Shown here: piece by piece, positions 39,221 to 53,245 of the stretch | Numbering within the stretch: the stretch's first letter is position 1 | Layout: every line of letters begins with the position of its first letter | NCBI GenBank assembly: GCA_964016885.1 | Contig: OZ024742.1 | Span: 232,004,001 to 232,068,000, forward strand | From: Eledone cirrhosa | Taxonomy: Eukaryota | Direction of reading: 5' to 3' | Length of the DNA: 64,000 nt | Made by a program: the position numbers and the translations under genes | Notes under the pieces: generated by a model | Databases searched by the model: none | What the model saw: only the letters and a program-made list of their open reading frames with translations | What the model was told of the DNA's origin: nothing

Positions 39221-40283
39221 CTACATATATGTATATAGGTGAATCTCTGTGTATGTGTATGTGTGCGCGTATATGTGCATGTATGTGTATGTGTGTGTGT
39301 CTGTGTCTGTGTATGTGTGTGTATATATATATGTGTGTGTATACGTGTGTGTGAGTGTGTATGTGTATATTTTGTATACGTGCCTGTGCGTGCATGTGCC
39401 CATATCCGTATGTGTGTATGAGTGTAGGTATGTGTATGTATATATGTATAACACCTTCTCCATTGCCTCTCACCTTCCCCCCATCTCTGTCGTTCGCCAC
39501 CCCCACCGATACTCCCCCACTCTCCATATTTGTGTCCGCATGCGCGCATGCACATACATGTGTGTATATATACATATGGCTGTGTATGAGCGTGTGTCGA
39601 TATGTGTGGGCAAGTATGTGTTTTGTGTGTGATTATACAACAATATATGTGCGCATATATACATATGTGTGTGTGTATACATATATACAACGTATTTGTC
39701 AGACGAAGAGCGTCTAGCTATGTATCTCCGTAAGGACTTGGACACCACCAACACATCCACCACACCACCACAAACGCCACTACTATAAACAACAACACCA
39801 CTACCACACCCCCACACACGCCAACCCGTCTACTGACAATCCACTAACCTCATACCACAGTAAGCGACCATAACCACCATCATATCATCACATCCACCCC
39901 CACATACTCTACACGCCAAGGCCAACCCACCACCACCACACCACAGCCCACCTCATCCACAGACCGTCACCAACATCTCACCATCACAACCACCCCCATA
40001 TACACTACAGGCCAGTACATCGCCTTGATCCTTCCCACCAATCAAAACAACTCATTTTGTCAAACTCTTGAAACTCTGACTTTACCACATAGCATGTATT
40101 TCATTTTCTTATAGCATTTTAAGAGGGTCCGTCGAGCTGCCGATTATTGAGTTGGGTACGATTGATACAGATCGAACCTTGAGCTGATCAGTGGCGAAAC
40201 GCGCGTCACCTATCAATAAATGCAATGAAGGAATGATCAATCGTCCTTGTTATCCTTTCAATATATATATATATATATATATA

Positions 40284-40827
40284 CGTTAGTTACATTGGTA
40301 TGGACATGTGATGCGTATGAAGGATGACAGCTGCATAAAAAGGTGCAGAGCACTAGAAGTCGATGGAAGCTGCGGAGTGGGGAGATCCAAGAAGACCTAG
40401 GATGAGGTGATAAAGGCCGACCTTACCCAATTGCACCTCTCAAGAGCAATGACACACGACCGTGACCTCTGGCATCACGCAGTGATGCAGAAGACCCGAG
40501 CCCCACAGGAACAAGCCGAAGCTGAGGCATATAGACAGTATGCCCCCATACCCTCCCACTGCAAAGTGGTCGTGGAGGTGCCACGGCAAAAAAGCACCCA
40601 GCCCACACTGTAAAGTGGACGTGTAGGCGCCACAGAAAAAAGCAGCCAGCACTCACTGTAAATGAGGTTGGTGTTAGGAAGCGGCTGTAGAAATCAAGCC
40701 AGAATCAGTTCCTGTATGAGCAAGACAAGATCAGCCGACTGGACACTGCCCACAACAGGACAACCCGTCTAACCCATGCTAGCGTGGAAGAACGGACGTA
40801 AAACGATGATGATGATGATGATGATGA
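40284..40827 (+). mobile_element. RTE-family 3' end (diverged subfamily)
   Basis: LHWYGHVMRMKDDSCIKRC..., the RTE 3' UTR and a (GAT)n tail. Confidence 0.85.
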
Positions 40828-42361
40828 TATATATATAATCATGCTCTTAGTGTAGATCCAAACCAAGATTGGAACTCAACCAGGATTTCAGCCATCTGTC
40901 ACCTCAACATGCCTTACCACTAAACCACCATGTATGTATGTATGCATGTATGCATGTATTCAACTAAGATTGTTGACTGCCTTAACCGACAATTAAATAC
41001 ATTCAGAAAATCAAAGCCAACCATGAACCCAAGCCAGACATAAACCATATGCCTATGCTCAACTTCAGACACCCTCCCATATGGCTCAAGGATGAGCTAG
41101 ATCACGCATGTTCTAGCTGTATCCCCATTCCCCATTTAACCAATCCCTGCACCAACACTGGTCTGGGGAAGACAGGCGTTATCGAGTTAGAGCCATCATA
41201 TGTAGCTTATATATAACAATAAGCATCACTATCAGCAACGACAACTCCATTCAATGTGCCTCCTGAAATTTCCTTAACTGTAAACCCCTTACGAACCACC
41301 AAAATAAAACATAAGCCCCAATAATCCTGAATAAACATGCAGCTTCATGCCCAACTGATGTACGACCAAATAAAGGACCATTAAACCAGAGTATAATTCA
41401 CTATAAACCTGACATCAGACCAATACAGAATAAAGCCAGCCTAGAAAACATGAAAACATTGAAGGAAGTTTATAACATAAATATCTTACAATCCATGACA
41501 CTAGATAAAGATATTAAGTTATATTAACATGAAAATTAAATACAATACTATCGAAGTAAAAAGGAAAAAGAATATGTGTTTATTATACTACATTAGATTA
41601 CAAAGTGAAAGGTTGTTTCAGGAGGTACATACCAACATAGGTAATAGTAAGCTAGCAGTGTAAGGAAGCTATGTTGTCTATATGAAGAGGCAGATGATTC
41701 TCTGTGTGTAGTTGAAGTGCCAATAGAAGAATTGCTCTCAGGCCTTTGACGACAGGGCCATAACATTTTGCTAAGTGCTACATCTCACTATTTACTGAAG
41801 CAGATCGAAGTGATGCTTGTCTCCCAAGGGACCAGGATCGATTGAGACAAAGAAAGACTTATTTCCTTTCACCTCAATCTAACCATCCACTCCAGACAAA
41901 TGACCCCAACTGAGATAACAGAGATATAGCAGCCAAATGTCGTTTGGGGGTCAGCAAGTGTGAAGAGATTTCGCTGCACACACACACACACACACACATA
42001 CACACACACACACACACATATATATACACCTCGTGTAAAATCTGCTTTAAAATACTACTGTCAAGATGCAAACATGCATATCAACTGAGACCTCACTCTC
42101 ACTGCAAATTTTAAAAGAACCCTGGTCGATCAGCCAGGCCAGAAGAAGCCAAAGTCACACACACACTTCACCTACTGAGTTCAAAGAACACCAGTCAAAA
42201 CAGACATAAAAAAGAAGTCAAATTCACGTACACTATAAAGCACTATGTATGCTATAAGACATTCTCTACAAATATTTATCATGCAGAAAAAGCTAAAATA
42301 TGCACACCTTAGACCAGAGGTGGCCAACTGGAGGAAATGTTGGCTTCATCCATATGCAACC

Positions 42362-42545
42362 TTAACCCTTTAGCATTTACATTACTCTATATACACTACT
42401 ACATGTTCACGATAAAGACTTTACCTCACAGAATTATCTCACATATATGGAATCTATGAGATTTTGATATTATTTATTTTGAGAACAATACCTTAACATA
42501 GGTATGAGTGGCCAGTTGCAGCCAGTTTGATTGCTAAAGGGTTAA
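42362..42545 (-). mobile_element. piggyBac-type MITE (inverted orientation); partial + copy at 42777-42975
   Basis: TTAA-CCCTTTAGCA...TGCTAAAGGG-TTAA. Confidence 0.82.
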
Positions 42546-45371
42546 TTGAAACCCAAACTTCACTTATCATTTCCAACTCCTAGCCTTTCATTACTTAATT
42601 GCAAATTCAAAATAGCTCTGAACCTTCTTAAAATCATCCCAAGACTTTGACAAAAACGCTGTATCAATAATTTCCAATCAAATTCTTGTCCAAACATCTG
42701 TGTAAATAGTTGCCAAACCGCTTCCATTCCTCTAACCTGCTTGAATAGATTACCCACAAATGTGTGTGTTTTGTGTTTAAGCCTTTAGCATTTAATCCGG
42801 CCATACCTGGCCAGAATTCTCTCACCTCTTTCTGTTCAAACCAACCATAATCGGCCACTCATACTAATGTTAAGGTATTGTTCTCAAAATAAATAACATC
42901 AACATCTCATAGATTCGATATTATGTGAGATAAAGCCTTTACTGTAAAAATACAATATTATAAATAGAATAATGTATAATTTCAGTTAATTTCCTTAACC
43001 CTTTAATTATACAGAACAATATACTTATACTTAGTTTGGAACACATAGGCCTTGGGTGACAATAGATTTCTGAGGAAAAAAAAAAAAAAACATGGATGCA
43101 ATCTGAATTTGTTAAAATAATTAAAGACTACTTTCATTATGTAATCAGCTGTAATAAAGTCACAAATACCAAAAAAAAAAAAACAGATTGCAGTCAGATC
43201 CAACAAAGCCAAAATACAAGATAATATTTAGTTTCAAACAAACAAGGAAGCAATACATTACCAACATGACAGTATGTCATGTGTGTGTTAAGGAATAGGT
43301 TTTGAGGAAGCCACCATGTCCATGGCTTTTGCATTCCCCCCCCCCCCAACCACCACCACCACCACCAAGACAAGTGTAATCAATTAAGTTAGCCCCTTTG
43401 ATATCAAACTGCTTGAAATCAACCCTGTTTCTATGATGCAGAACAGTTTATTTTAAAGTGTCTATCATCACCATCATCATCATCATCGTTGTTGTTTTTT
43501 ATGTCAACTTTTACATGTTAGCTTGGGTTGGATGGGACGTTTTGAGGCAATGTTTTACAGCCAGATGCTTTTTCTGACATCATCCCTTTTAGTCATGTCT
43601 TAAACATACAGGGATACAGTGTATTTATTCTAAACAACATACACTCAGTTTAGAATAAAACTTCCATCATAATTTGATGTAAAAACCTTTAAATTATGTT
43701 CCAAACACCAACTTAATAATGACAAAAGTTTTACTACTAAATCCCACTAAATACTTGATTGTTTTCAAAATGATCTGAAAATCTTAAGCAATATGGTAAC
43801 GAAAGGATTAATGTTCCATTGAGCAGTTATCAATTGATTGCTGCAGGAAAAATATGTGCATGGAAGTGAATTCCAGAGAACCAATGTTCTGGAGAAGAAG
43901 GTATTTGTGTAATGGTGGGGTGAGTGGAGACAAAATTAATGAGAAAAGAGTGACAAAAGAATGAGGAGTGAAATGAGACCAGACAGTTCTGAGCAGCAGA
44001 AGCCATAGTAATATCGTAGAAATTGCAGAAAAAAGCGACAGCATGTCTGTAGCCAATAAGTTGAATTATATTGGTTAGCTAGTATCTCAAACTACTAATA
44101 GTAATTCTGAGGTGACAAATTGGCAGAGTTGTTAGAATCTTGGATAGAATTCTTTGCAGTATTCATTGCAGCTCTCTTCACTCTGAGTTCAAATCCTGCC
44201 AAAGTCAATTATGCATTTCATTCTTTTGAAGTCTATAAAAAAGTTGAACTGTGTCCCAAGCTCAAAGGTTCACAGGTCAGTGCTTATCCAAGTTTCCGCA
44301 ATGCTAAACTACTCTTTCATGGACAGGACACCAGTCCATCGCAGGTTCAACTCCCACTTTTAATTATCAGTTGAGTGTAGTGGAGCAACATGAAATGAAG
44401 TGTTTTGCTGAAGAACACAATGTGCCACCCAATTCAAAAATCGAAGCCATCATACTCTCACCCCTTCACCCATTTAGTCTGGTTCCTCTGTCATTTCTTT
44501 CTCCTTTATTCACCCTCATAGCCACATTGGCTTGAATGAATTGAGACAATATAGAAAAGGGAATACTCTTTACCCTTGTGAGATTCAAGACAAACTAGTG
44601 CTAGTACCATAATAAAATGTACACGCTGCTTTCTGTTAAGTGGTTAGCAACTGAACAGAGACTGTGTAGGTTTGAGAAGACTTTTATCTTACAGGAGACA
44701 CAACAACCTCTCTAATACTGGATCTGTAATAAAATATACCCAGTACACTCTGTAAAGAAGTTGGCAAACAAATGGAGACAAGTTAATGTTGAGAGGACCC
44801 CTTAATGTGCTGCTGCCATGATAAAATGCACTCAATAAAAGTGGTTAGTGTTAGGAAAGACACGCAGTTGTAGAAACCATGCAAAAAATGAAATGTTTTA
44901 GTGCGATATAATCCACCAACATATCTAGGAAAATAGTGAGTCCATGATAACTCATCCAACTTATGCCAGCATGGTTGACATAAGATAATGATGATGATGA
45001 TTGATTGGTTACATGTCAGGCTGGAAGCATTAATTAGACACTTTTCCAGAGTATTTGCAATGTGTGTGAGAAGTCTGGAAGTTTTTTGTGTATACCTATT
45101 ATCATATATTGGTATGGATATATATGTATGGAAGTATATATGCATGTGTCTAAGTGTAAGTGTGTTTTTTTTCTCCATTCCATATATGTTTTATGAAATG
45201 TTTAAATACCCAAAACCATTTAACATAAAATGTCTCAAACAATAAACCACTGTGTCCTTTTTTTCTTATGAATGTTTTCTATTTATAAATGTGGTAAACA
45301 AAAATTTATATATTTTGTATTTTCAAATTTAATGAGTGGGTGAAAAATATATACACTTCTGCAAACATAAT

Positions 45372-45598
45372 TTGACCCTTTAGCATTTAAACTGGCTGTA
45401 TCCAGCCAGAATTGTTTCAGCCCTTTCTGTTCAAACCAGCTGTAACCAGCCACTCATACCGATGTTAAGGTATTGTTCTCAAAATAAATAGTATTAAGAT
45501 CTCATAGATAGGACATTATATGAGATAATTGTTAGGTAAAGCCTTTACCATGAAAATATAATAGTATATATAGAGTAATGTAAAGGTTAAAAGGTTAA
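45372..45598 (+). mobile_element. piggyBac-type MITE just upstream of the terminal exon
   Basis: ccctttagcatttaaa...aaaaggttaa; body shared with the other family copies. Confidence 0.8.
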
Positions 45599-45662
45599 GG
45601 AATTTTTATATCATACATGGATATTAACTTTTTTGTGATTTATATAATTTCTCTAATTTCAG

Positions 45663-45842
45663 ATGAAATCACGTGAAAATGATTTGATCAACAAAATTAC
45701 TGACATAGAAGGTGGTTTACCAAAACGAACTGGGATTTGGTATGCTTCAGTGCTGGATAGTTCATCAAGAATTGTTTTCCCTTTAATGTTTGCACTTTTC
45801 AATTTAGTTTATTGGCCATCTTATTTAGAAAAAACAGACTAA
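45663..45842 (+). CDS. Terminal exon (end of M3-M4 loop, M4 and stop) of the channel subunit
   Basis: Acceptor ctaatttcAG, phase 0. MKSRENDLINKITDIEGGLPKRTGIWYASVLDSSSRIVFPLMFALFNLVYWPSYLEKTD* carries the D..SR..FP..F..FN..YW M4 signature. At 59 aa it falls below the ORF-track cutoff. Confidence 0.92.
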   Translation: MKSRENDLINKITDIEGGLPKRTGIWYASVLDSSSRIVFPLMFALFNLVYWPSYLEKTD

Positions 45843-45910
45843 TTAAATGTTCCCTTCGTAGCATCTTCTTTATAAATTTCTGAAATTCATCTTGAGGTTA
45901 AGAACTTTCC

Positions 45911-46040
45911 TAATGACAAGATGTAAACCACTGTGCTTTGATGAAAAACTGTTACTAAATGGAAGCAATTACTCAATGACAAGATGTAAACTATTGTGCT
46001 TTGATGAAAACTGTTACTAAATTGAAACAACTACTCAATT
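45911..46040. repeat. ~64-bp tandem duplication in the putative 3' UTR
   Basis: aatgacaagatgtaaac...gtgctttgatgaaaaactgttactaaat...tactc occurs twice. Confidence 0.85.
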
Positions 46041-47033
46041 GTCAATAAGACTTCTTTGAACTTCTTTATTTAATATTCTCATCTTGTAATCTGATCTTCT
46101 CTTTTTCACAATTAGTTACCTTTTTATATTCCTTATCGGTGCAGATATTAATTGATTTACTAATCATGTATAACATCTAATATGGATTTCTAACTTACCT
46201 CAATACACTACCTGAAAATGAAGTCCTTGCAGATGACTTAGTAAGAATTACAGGATATGTATTTTATGTATGCAAGAGTGTGCTTGGGAATACAGTCAAT
46301 TTGGACGTACTCATATATGTTTTTTTTTAGTATATTTTATTATGAGATAAACTCTCAGATGAAACATTTGCTCACTTAAATTTGAAGAAAAATTACTTCA
46401 TCTTTATTGCTATAATGTGATTAACTAATTGCGTTAACTAATGTTAACTAATGTCAGCATTTGTTAATACCAATTGAATTTGTTGGGTTTTTTTCCATTA
46501 AATATTTTATGTATCATAGAATAAATCAAGAATTTTAATATATTGACCACTAACAGATATGATAAATTATTTTTACCCAGTAAAACTACTTACAAATGTT
46601 TATTGTCTGCATATTGTTTCTATTTACAATCTAAATTTTATAACACCATGATGTTGTTATAAACTATTGCTGAAAACCCACCATAAAATTGGAATCTTGA
46701 GTTATCAACAATAAATCACAAGCTGGAATGAACAAGAAACTTTATATCATCTATACTGGGATTGTTATTCTTCTATCATTGTTATTCTTCTATCATTTTG
46801 TTTGTTTTTTTTCTGCTGACCTAAGTTTGAGACCTGTTCTTAAGTAATTTGGGGATGCTGAGTTTAAAAATGACAATACTTCTTTTTTTATCATGTCAAG
46901 TTTTTATGTATGGGCTGGTCCATATTGACCCCACCCATAACTACAAGAGATATCATAGGTAATAATTTATGTCGATATTTTATTTTATCTGTGTATTTTG
47001 ACATATTTTTATCTATCTAGATACACCTAGATA

Positions 47034-47733
47034 TCATCATCATCATCATCATCATCATCATCGTCGTTTAATGTCCATCTTCCACGCTTGCATGGGTTTG
47101 GACGGGAGTTTTCCCACTTGAGGCAAGAGTGGTTGTCTTGCTCGCATAGGACTGCCTGGCGAGTTTTCTACGGCTGGATGCCCTTCCTAACACCAACCAC
47201 GTTTACAGTGTGGACTAGGAGGTTTTTACCGTGTTACCTACACAGCCACATTACAGCGTGGACTGTGTTTTTTTTTGTCGTGACACCTACACGACCTCAT
47301 TTGTTTCGGACTGGATGTTGTGGTACCAACATAACTTTACATTGAAAGGGGTGGTGTGGATGGGGTGGGGGTAGTGGGACGGGGGTGTATTTTTGTTAGA
47401 GGTGCCTACTGATTGTAGTAGGTTTCACTTTGTATTTAGGTAAGGTGGGTCTTCTATATTACTGTGTAGCGCCAAAGATCTCGGTCCAGTGACATTGTCT
47501 TGGAGAGGTGTAAGTGTGTGAGGTCTGAATTTATCAAGTCGTCCCAGGTTTTTCTGGGTCTGCCTACTCCGTGGCTACCGTCTATTTTTATTGCCCTGCA
47601 CTTTTTTATACAGCTGTCGTCTTTCATGCGCATCACGTGATCATACCAACATAGTCTTCTCTCGAGTAAACAACATCTGATCCCTCTTATTTCTAATTTT
47701 TCCCTTAGTTCGTTTATGCTTTGCCGTTCACGT
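47034..47733 (-). mobile_element. RTE LINE 3' end (inverted)
   Basis: Very similar to 29843-30509 in reverse; tail reads (CAT)n on the + strand. Confidence 0.92.
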
Positions 47734-47789
47734 ATATTACTATTATATACATATATTATATCTAATAATTATTTTCCCTCTTTTCAGAT

Positions 47790-48150
47790 GGATTTTAAGA
47801 AATATTACAGGTGTTCAGTAGCATGGCTTCATTACAAAGAAAATGTTTGCATTCCCCTTACTCTTTTTGCTATATATGCAGTAGTTTTACAGTACCAAGT
47901 CAAAGAATGAATATGGTGAATTTGTGAAAAGAGCACATTTAGCTTATTTTAAGCTTAAACTTGGTGATCAGGATAAATTGGAGGTCCTGCACAATATATG
48001 TAAACCATGTGTCGAAATTCTATGCCAATGGACAATGGGCACAAGGAAACAACTAGCATTTGGCATTCCTATGGTATGGTGGGAGCCAAAGAACCATAAA
48101 GAAGGTTGCTATTTTTGTCTCACAAAGACTTCTGTTATGAGGAAATAAAA
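47790..48150 (+). mobile_element. Degenerate DNA-transposon protein fragment (superfamily uncertain)
   Basis: KRAHLAYFKLKLGDQDK...C..CVE.L..WT.G...LAFGIPMVW.EPKNH...CYFC, a Cys-rich N-terminus I recognise from a widespread invertebrate transposon-encoded family. Confidence 0.55.
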
Positions 48151-48953
48151 ATTCAACTTAATCATTATCATCATCATCATTAAATGTTTGTCTTCCTAGC
48201 TAGCAAGGGTTATATGGGTCTTCACAATCTGAGTCAGTACTCAAGAAGAGCAACTGATCTCTCACAAAGTATTAACTTTTCCTTTGCTTATCTATTAAGA
48301 TCAATTAAGTATCTAGATGACATCAGAAGGACTCGTTAGTTGTGTCAAAGGCATAACTCCCTCCCCCACCTAGATTTAGTGTCCTGCATGATAAATGCAA
48401 CCAGTACACTCTGTAAATTGGTTGGTGATAGGAAGGGCATCCAGCCATAGAAAACCTGCCAAACAAAGGATTGGGAAGACTCTTTAGCTATGCCAAAGAT
48501 ATGACAGCTTATCTAGTGTTGATACCATGATAAAATACATTCAGCATAGCATGGGATCATAAGTCAGGCTTCTGGCCTACCAGGAGGTTAAACACTTCGC
48601 TTGAGTACAGACTGCTCTGAGATGACATGTCCAACCATTGCTAGCAAGGAAAACAGATGTTAAATGATGATGATGATGGTAGTGGTGGTGGTGGTGGTGC
48701 TGGGGATGAGAGCAGGTTTGACACTTTACAAAAACTGGAATACACTCAGCATTGAACAGTAATTTCAATATTTTCTAGAACTGTTCTACTTGTGTACAAA
48801 CACCCGTATTATCTAGTTTTAATTATTCATACTTTCTATATTTTTTAGTGTAAATAGTATCATATCAGTAGCATAGCTAGTACAGGTGGCGAATGGCAGA
48901 GTCATTAGAATGTTGAATAGAATGCTTTATGGCATCCTCCTCATCCTCCTCAT

Positions 48954-49032
48954 TCTTCTTCTTCTTCTTCTTCTTCTTCTTCTTCTTCTTCTTCTTCTTC
49001 TTCTTCTTCTTCTTCTTCTTCTTCTTCTTCTT
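48954..49032. repeat. (CTT)n microsatellite
   Basis: Direct reading. Confidence 0.95.
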
Positions 49033-49458
49033 CTCCTTCCAGAGGTCCTATCAGAAGTAACCATCTACAATATTTTCACATCGTGACTGCAATCTTCTCA
49101 TGGAGTGACCTCTATATTGTTGTTTTCTACTTGTATGCCTGTAATTAACTAAAGTGGGTAACATGCTTTGTTTATAAGTTTCCTTTTTTTAGACCAGTCA
49201 CACAGATCTGTTACCCAGATGTTATGACAGGGTGGACAGTTTAGGCCATGCATGAGCAACCTCTTTCATGCAATGGGCTGCATAGGATGGGCACTACTAA
49301 AAAATTCAAGGCAATTTTGAAATTAGGTGTGCCATTCAGAAAACCAAATAGGCCAGAGTTTGCCCTTGACTTCTTTAGCCTATCAGCCACAAATTGTTTC
49401 ATCTAACATCTAGCGAATTTGATAAATCAAAGTTAGGAAGATGAAAATCTCAGTTGTC

Positions 49459-49651
49459 TTAACCTTTATCATTTACATTACTCTAGATATACTATTTTAT
49501 TTTTATGGTAAAGGCTTTACCTCACATAATTATCTCACATAATATCAAATCTATGAGATTTTGATATCATTTATTTTGAGAACAATACCTTAACATCAGT
49601 ATGAGTGGCCAGTTACAGCTAATTTCAACAGTTTAAATGCTAAAGGGTTAA
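49459..49651 (-). mobile_element. piggyBac-type MITE (inverted)
   Basis: TTAA...aatgctaaaggg-TTAA. Confidence 0.8.
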
Positions 49652-50122
49652 CATGTTTTGAACTATAGAACCATTGGTTCTAAACTTGTGGAAGGTGGCA
49701 ACTATCAACATCGTTGTTCCTACCTTGGCATTAACAAACATATTTAAGAATACTAATTTTTATATTCATTGGTTTCATTTTAAGGAAATACAATGCCCTA
49801 TATTTTTACGAATAATTAGAAATTGTGAAGTTCATACTTTTTCAGGGAGCATTAGTGCCATAGGGGATGACATCTTGCATCAACTGAAATTGAAGTCAAA
49901 TCACAATGTTGATTTTCCAGAAAACTAGTTTTTGCCTTACAGTTTGTGTTAAAATATCTTATATATAATGATTAGAGAACTGCGAGACTGTGTCCAGTTT
50001 ATTATTTTACATCGGTTATTAAAATAAGTCAGATTACTTTAAATAAATCATAAATTAATATTATGTAATTTATATACTAAATTTCTTAGCCCTTGATTAA
50101 ACATAAATAATCTTATATATAA

Positions 50123-51407
50123 CTAGCAGTAAAGCCCGGCGTTGCTCGGGGTCGCTCAGTAGCTGTGTTAAAGTTACAATGTTAAGTTTCTTTCTTGGCT
50201 TAAAAACTGTAGTGTCTACTGTGCAGACTTGCATGTGGTGTTTTTGATTAATATTCCCTCAACCAACAATATGCCTTATGAAGTTAAGAAAACATAACAA
50301 TAACCCGAATGTTATAACAAAAGAGGATGCTGGGGATAGAAACTGCACTGGCTATTTATTAACAAAGATCGAAAATGTAAACACTGCAACGCAGAGAAAA
50401 ACATTAGCGTAACCAAATTATCAGTTATGTCTGTCTGCACGCCTATATCACCTCTCTGCACGACTGTCTGTCTGCACGCCTATATCACCTCTCTGCACGA
50501 CTGTCTGTCTGCACGCCTATATCACCTCTCTGCACGACTGTCTGTCTGCACGACTGTCTGTCTGCACGACTGTCTGTCTGCACGACTGTCTGTCTGCACG
50601 CCTAACGACGAAATATTTGCTTGTTTTACGTAGTCTTTAAATAGACTTGTTTTCAAGTAAAAATATTGTTTTAAAATGCTTTTAAATGGAAATGAAGCAA
50701 AACGGAAGCTTAGTGTTCGAACTGATGAATTTTGCAGGTCAATATTTTGCTGGCTCGACAACTGTTAAAGCCAGCGTAATTTTTTACGTAAGACGCTCAA
50801 TGTAAACAGAACAAAGGGAAATAACTGATAACTTACGCTCAAAAATCGATACATTATATTCGATTTCGTCACATAGGGTGGGTCAATTTGAAATTTTTTT
50901 TTTTCCGATGTCTTCGCTAGGGCTCAATGTACAAGTCTAGCAATTTCGGTGCAATTCCGTGAGAGATTCTAAGAGGAGATGTGTGCCAAAAATCGATAGA
51001 CAGACAGACAACCACAGTTTTATATATATAGATAAAAATATTGTTTTAAAATGCTTTTAAATGGAAATGAAGCAAAACGGAAGCTTAGTGTTCGAACTGA
51101 TGAATTTTGCAGGTCAATATTTTGCTGGCTCGACAACTGTTAAAGCCAGCGTAATTTTTTACGTAAGACGCTCAATGTAAACAGAACAAAGGGAAATAAC
51201 TGATAACTTACGCTCAAAAATCGATACATTATATTCGATTTCGTCACATAGGGTGGGTCAATTTGAAATTTTTTTTTTTCCGATGTCTTCGCTAGGGCTC
51301 AATGTACAAGTCTAGCAATTTCGGTGCAATTCCGTGAGAGATTCTAAGAGGAGATGTGTGCCAAAAATCGATAGACAGACAGACAACCACAGTTTTATAT
51401 ATATAGA
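50123..51407 (-). mobile_element. Non-autonomous Helitron with internal minisatellite and duplicated 5' end
   Basis: 3' CTAG plus hairpin cccggcgttgctcggg at 50123-50150; 5'-TCTATATATATAAAACTGTGG at both 51032 and 51407; 37-bp and 16-bp repeat arrays at 50428-50600. Confidence 0.85.
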
Positions 51408-52924
51408 TGTATTGCTTATTTTAAGACTCTCTTCTGTTAAAACTGTAAAGTGGTTGTGTAGATGTCATGACAAAAAACGCCCAACCCACACTGTAAAGTA
51501 GTCATGTAGGTGTCATGACACAAATCACCCAGACACACTATAAATGTGGTTGGCATTAGGAAGGGCATCCAGCCATAGAAACCAAGCCAAGATCAGCCCT
51601 GTAATGAACAAGACATGGTCATCTGATCTGACTTGTCTCACAATGGGACAACTCGTCTAACCCATGCTAGCATGGAAAAATTTATCCTTACTCTGTCACT
51701 ATCTTCCCAACCCAGCCAGGATACAAGCACCCTTGTGTTGAAATGTGGTAGTATTGGTTCCGCAATAAAATATATTCAACCCATACTGGAAAGTGGAAGT
51801 GTTAGTGTCACAATAAAATGCACCCTGTTCACTCTATAAAGTGGTAGTGATACCATGACAAAAGCACCTTGTTCACCTTGTCAGGTGGTAGTTGTGGTGT
51901 CATGAGAAAACACAGTTGGATCATGCTGTGAAGTGGTTGGCATTGGGAATTGCATCCAGCCATAGAAATCATGCCAAATTGGAACTTATGAACAAGACTG
52001 TCGTTTGACTTGCCTGTCTAGCATCAGAGCATGACAACTTATCTAACCCCTCCAAGCATGTAAAATGGGGATGATGATGATACACATACACATGCAATGA
52101 ACTTGTAGCGACCCCTAGGGTAAAAAAAAGAGAATTAATTAGAGTTACTTCCCGTAAGCATAATAAATAGACGAGACTTGTGTTTCTCACTCTCTTATTC
52201 GCTGCCGGCCTCGTTCTGACGAGCAGCTCTCTATATCTTCTTTCTTATTGAATTAGTGGTTGGTTACCAGCGGTATCTTCCGGAGAAGATTAAACCAATA
52301 AACCAATTCGCTAAAAACTTTTGCACAGTTTCCATCAACCAAATTTCGCTCACAAGATTTTGGTCAACCAGAAGCTATGGTACAAAACAATTGCCCAAGA
52401 GGCCACACAGTGTGATCAATCCCAGAACCACTTGGTTTTAAAACAAACCTCTTAACCATATAGCCAACAAAATACACCAGAAAGCAAGAAATATTGAAAC
52501 TATACATTATGGAAAAAGAAATATTCATTTTATTGGTTTTAAACATAATTTACATAACTTCTTTCTACACTCTTCACTTTGAATCCCAGCCAACAAGAAA
52601 GCTTTCGGTAGTTACTCGATCTGCTAGAAATAGCCACCAAATCTCCCTCGAATCACATTCTTTTGTCTTTAAAATAAAAGAAGGGTACATCATTAGATAT
52701 CTAAAAAAGATGTATTTCTAATTAAAATGCCTTTCCTCATAGATATACTCAACCAAAACCGACTTTATACAAAACAACTTTTGTCATTTTCATGATTACT
52801 TTGATTGTATCATTTTCATACTTATTTTTCGCTATCACAGTTTCCCTTGTCACTATCAAAATATATATTGTTTTAAGTTATACAAGCTATTACACAAAGA
52901 AAATTATTTCATTTATTAACATTG

Positions 52925-53245
52925 ACACTGAGGGAGAAGCTAAGTTTAAGAGGAATCCAAGGTGGTGTGCAGGAGAGAAGACTGCATTGGTACAGACATG
53001 TGATGTGCGTGGATGATGATCGATGGGTGAAGAAGTGCCAGGAAATGCCAGTGGAAGGAAGCTGCAGTAGTGGTAGATCGAGAAAGACCTGGGCAGAGGT
53101 GGTGAGAGCTGACCACAAATTGCTGAGACTCACAGAGGAGATGTCAAAGAAATGCAGTGAGTGGAGAAATGCTGAACTGAAAAGGACCCGTCCAACCCAT
53201 GCAAGCATGGAAAAACAGATGTAAATATGATGAGGATGAGGATGA
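52925..53245 (+). mobile_element. RTE-related LINE 3' end (different subfamily)
   Basis: LREKLSLRGIQ..VQERRLHWYRHVM...GRSRKTWAEVV and the shared cccatgcaagcatggaaaa...gatga tail. Confidence 0.8.

Noticed and set aside
40180-40215. ctgatcagtggcgaaacgcgcgtc hammerhead-like motif
   Set aside because: The core reads CUGAUCA (G8 lost) and stem I does not pair; at best a decayed Penelope pLTR relic.
50428-50600. Regular short repeats resembling a CRISPR array (also 59897-60050 and 37420-37580)
   Set aside because: No unique spacers, no cas genes and a eukaryotic context; they are minisatellites.
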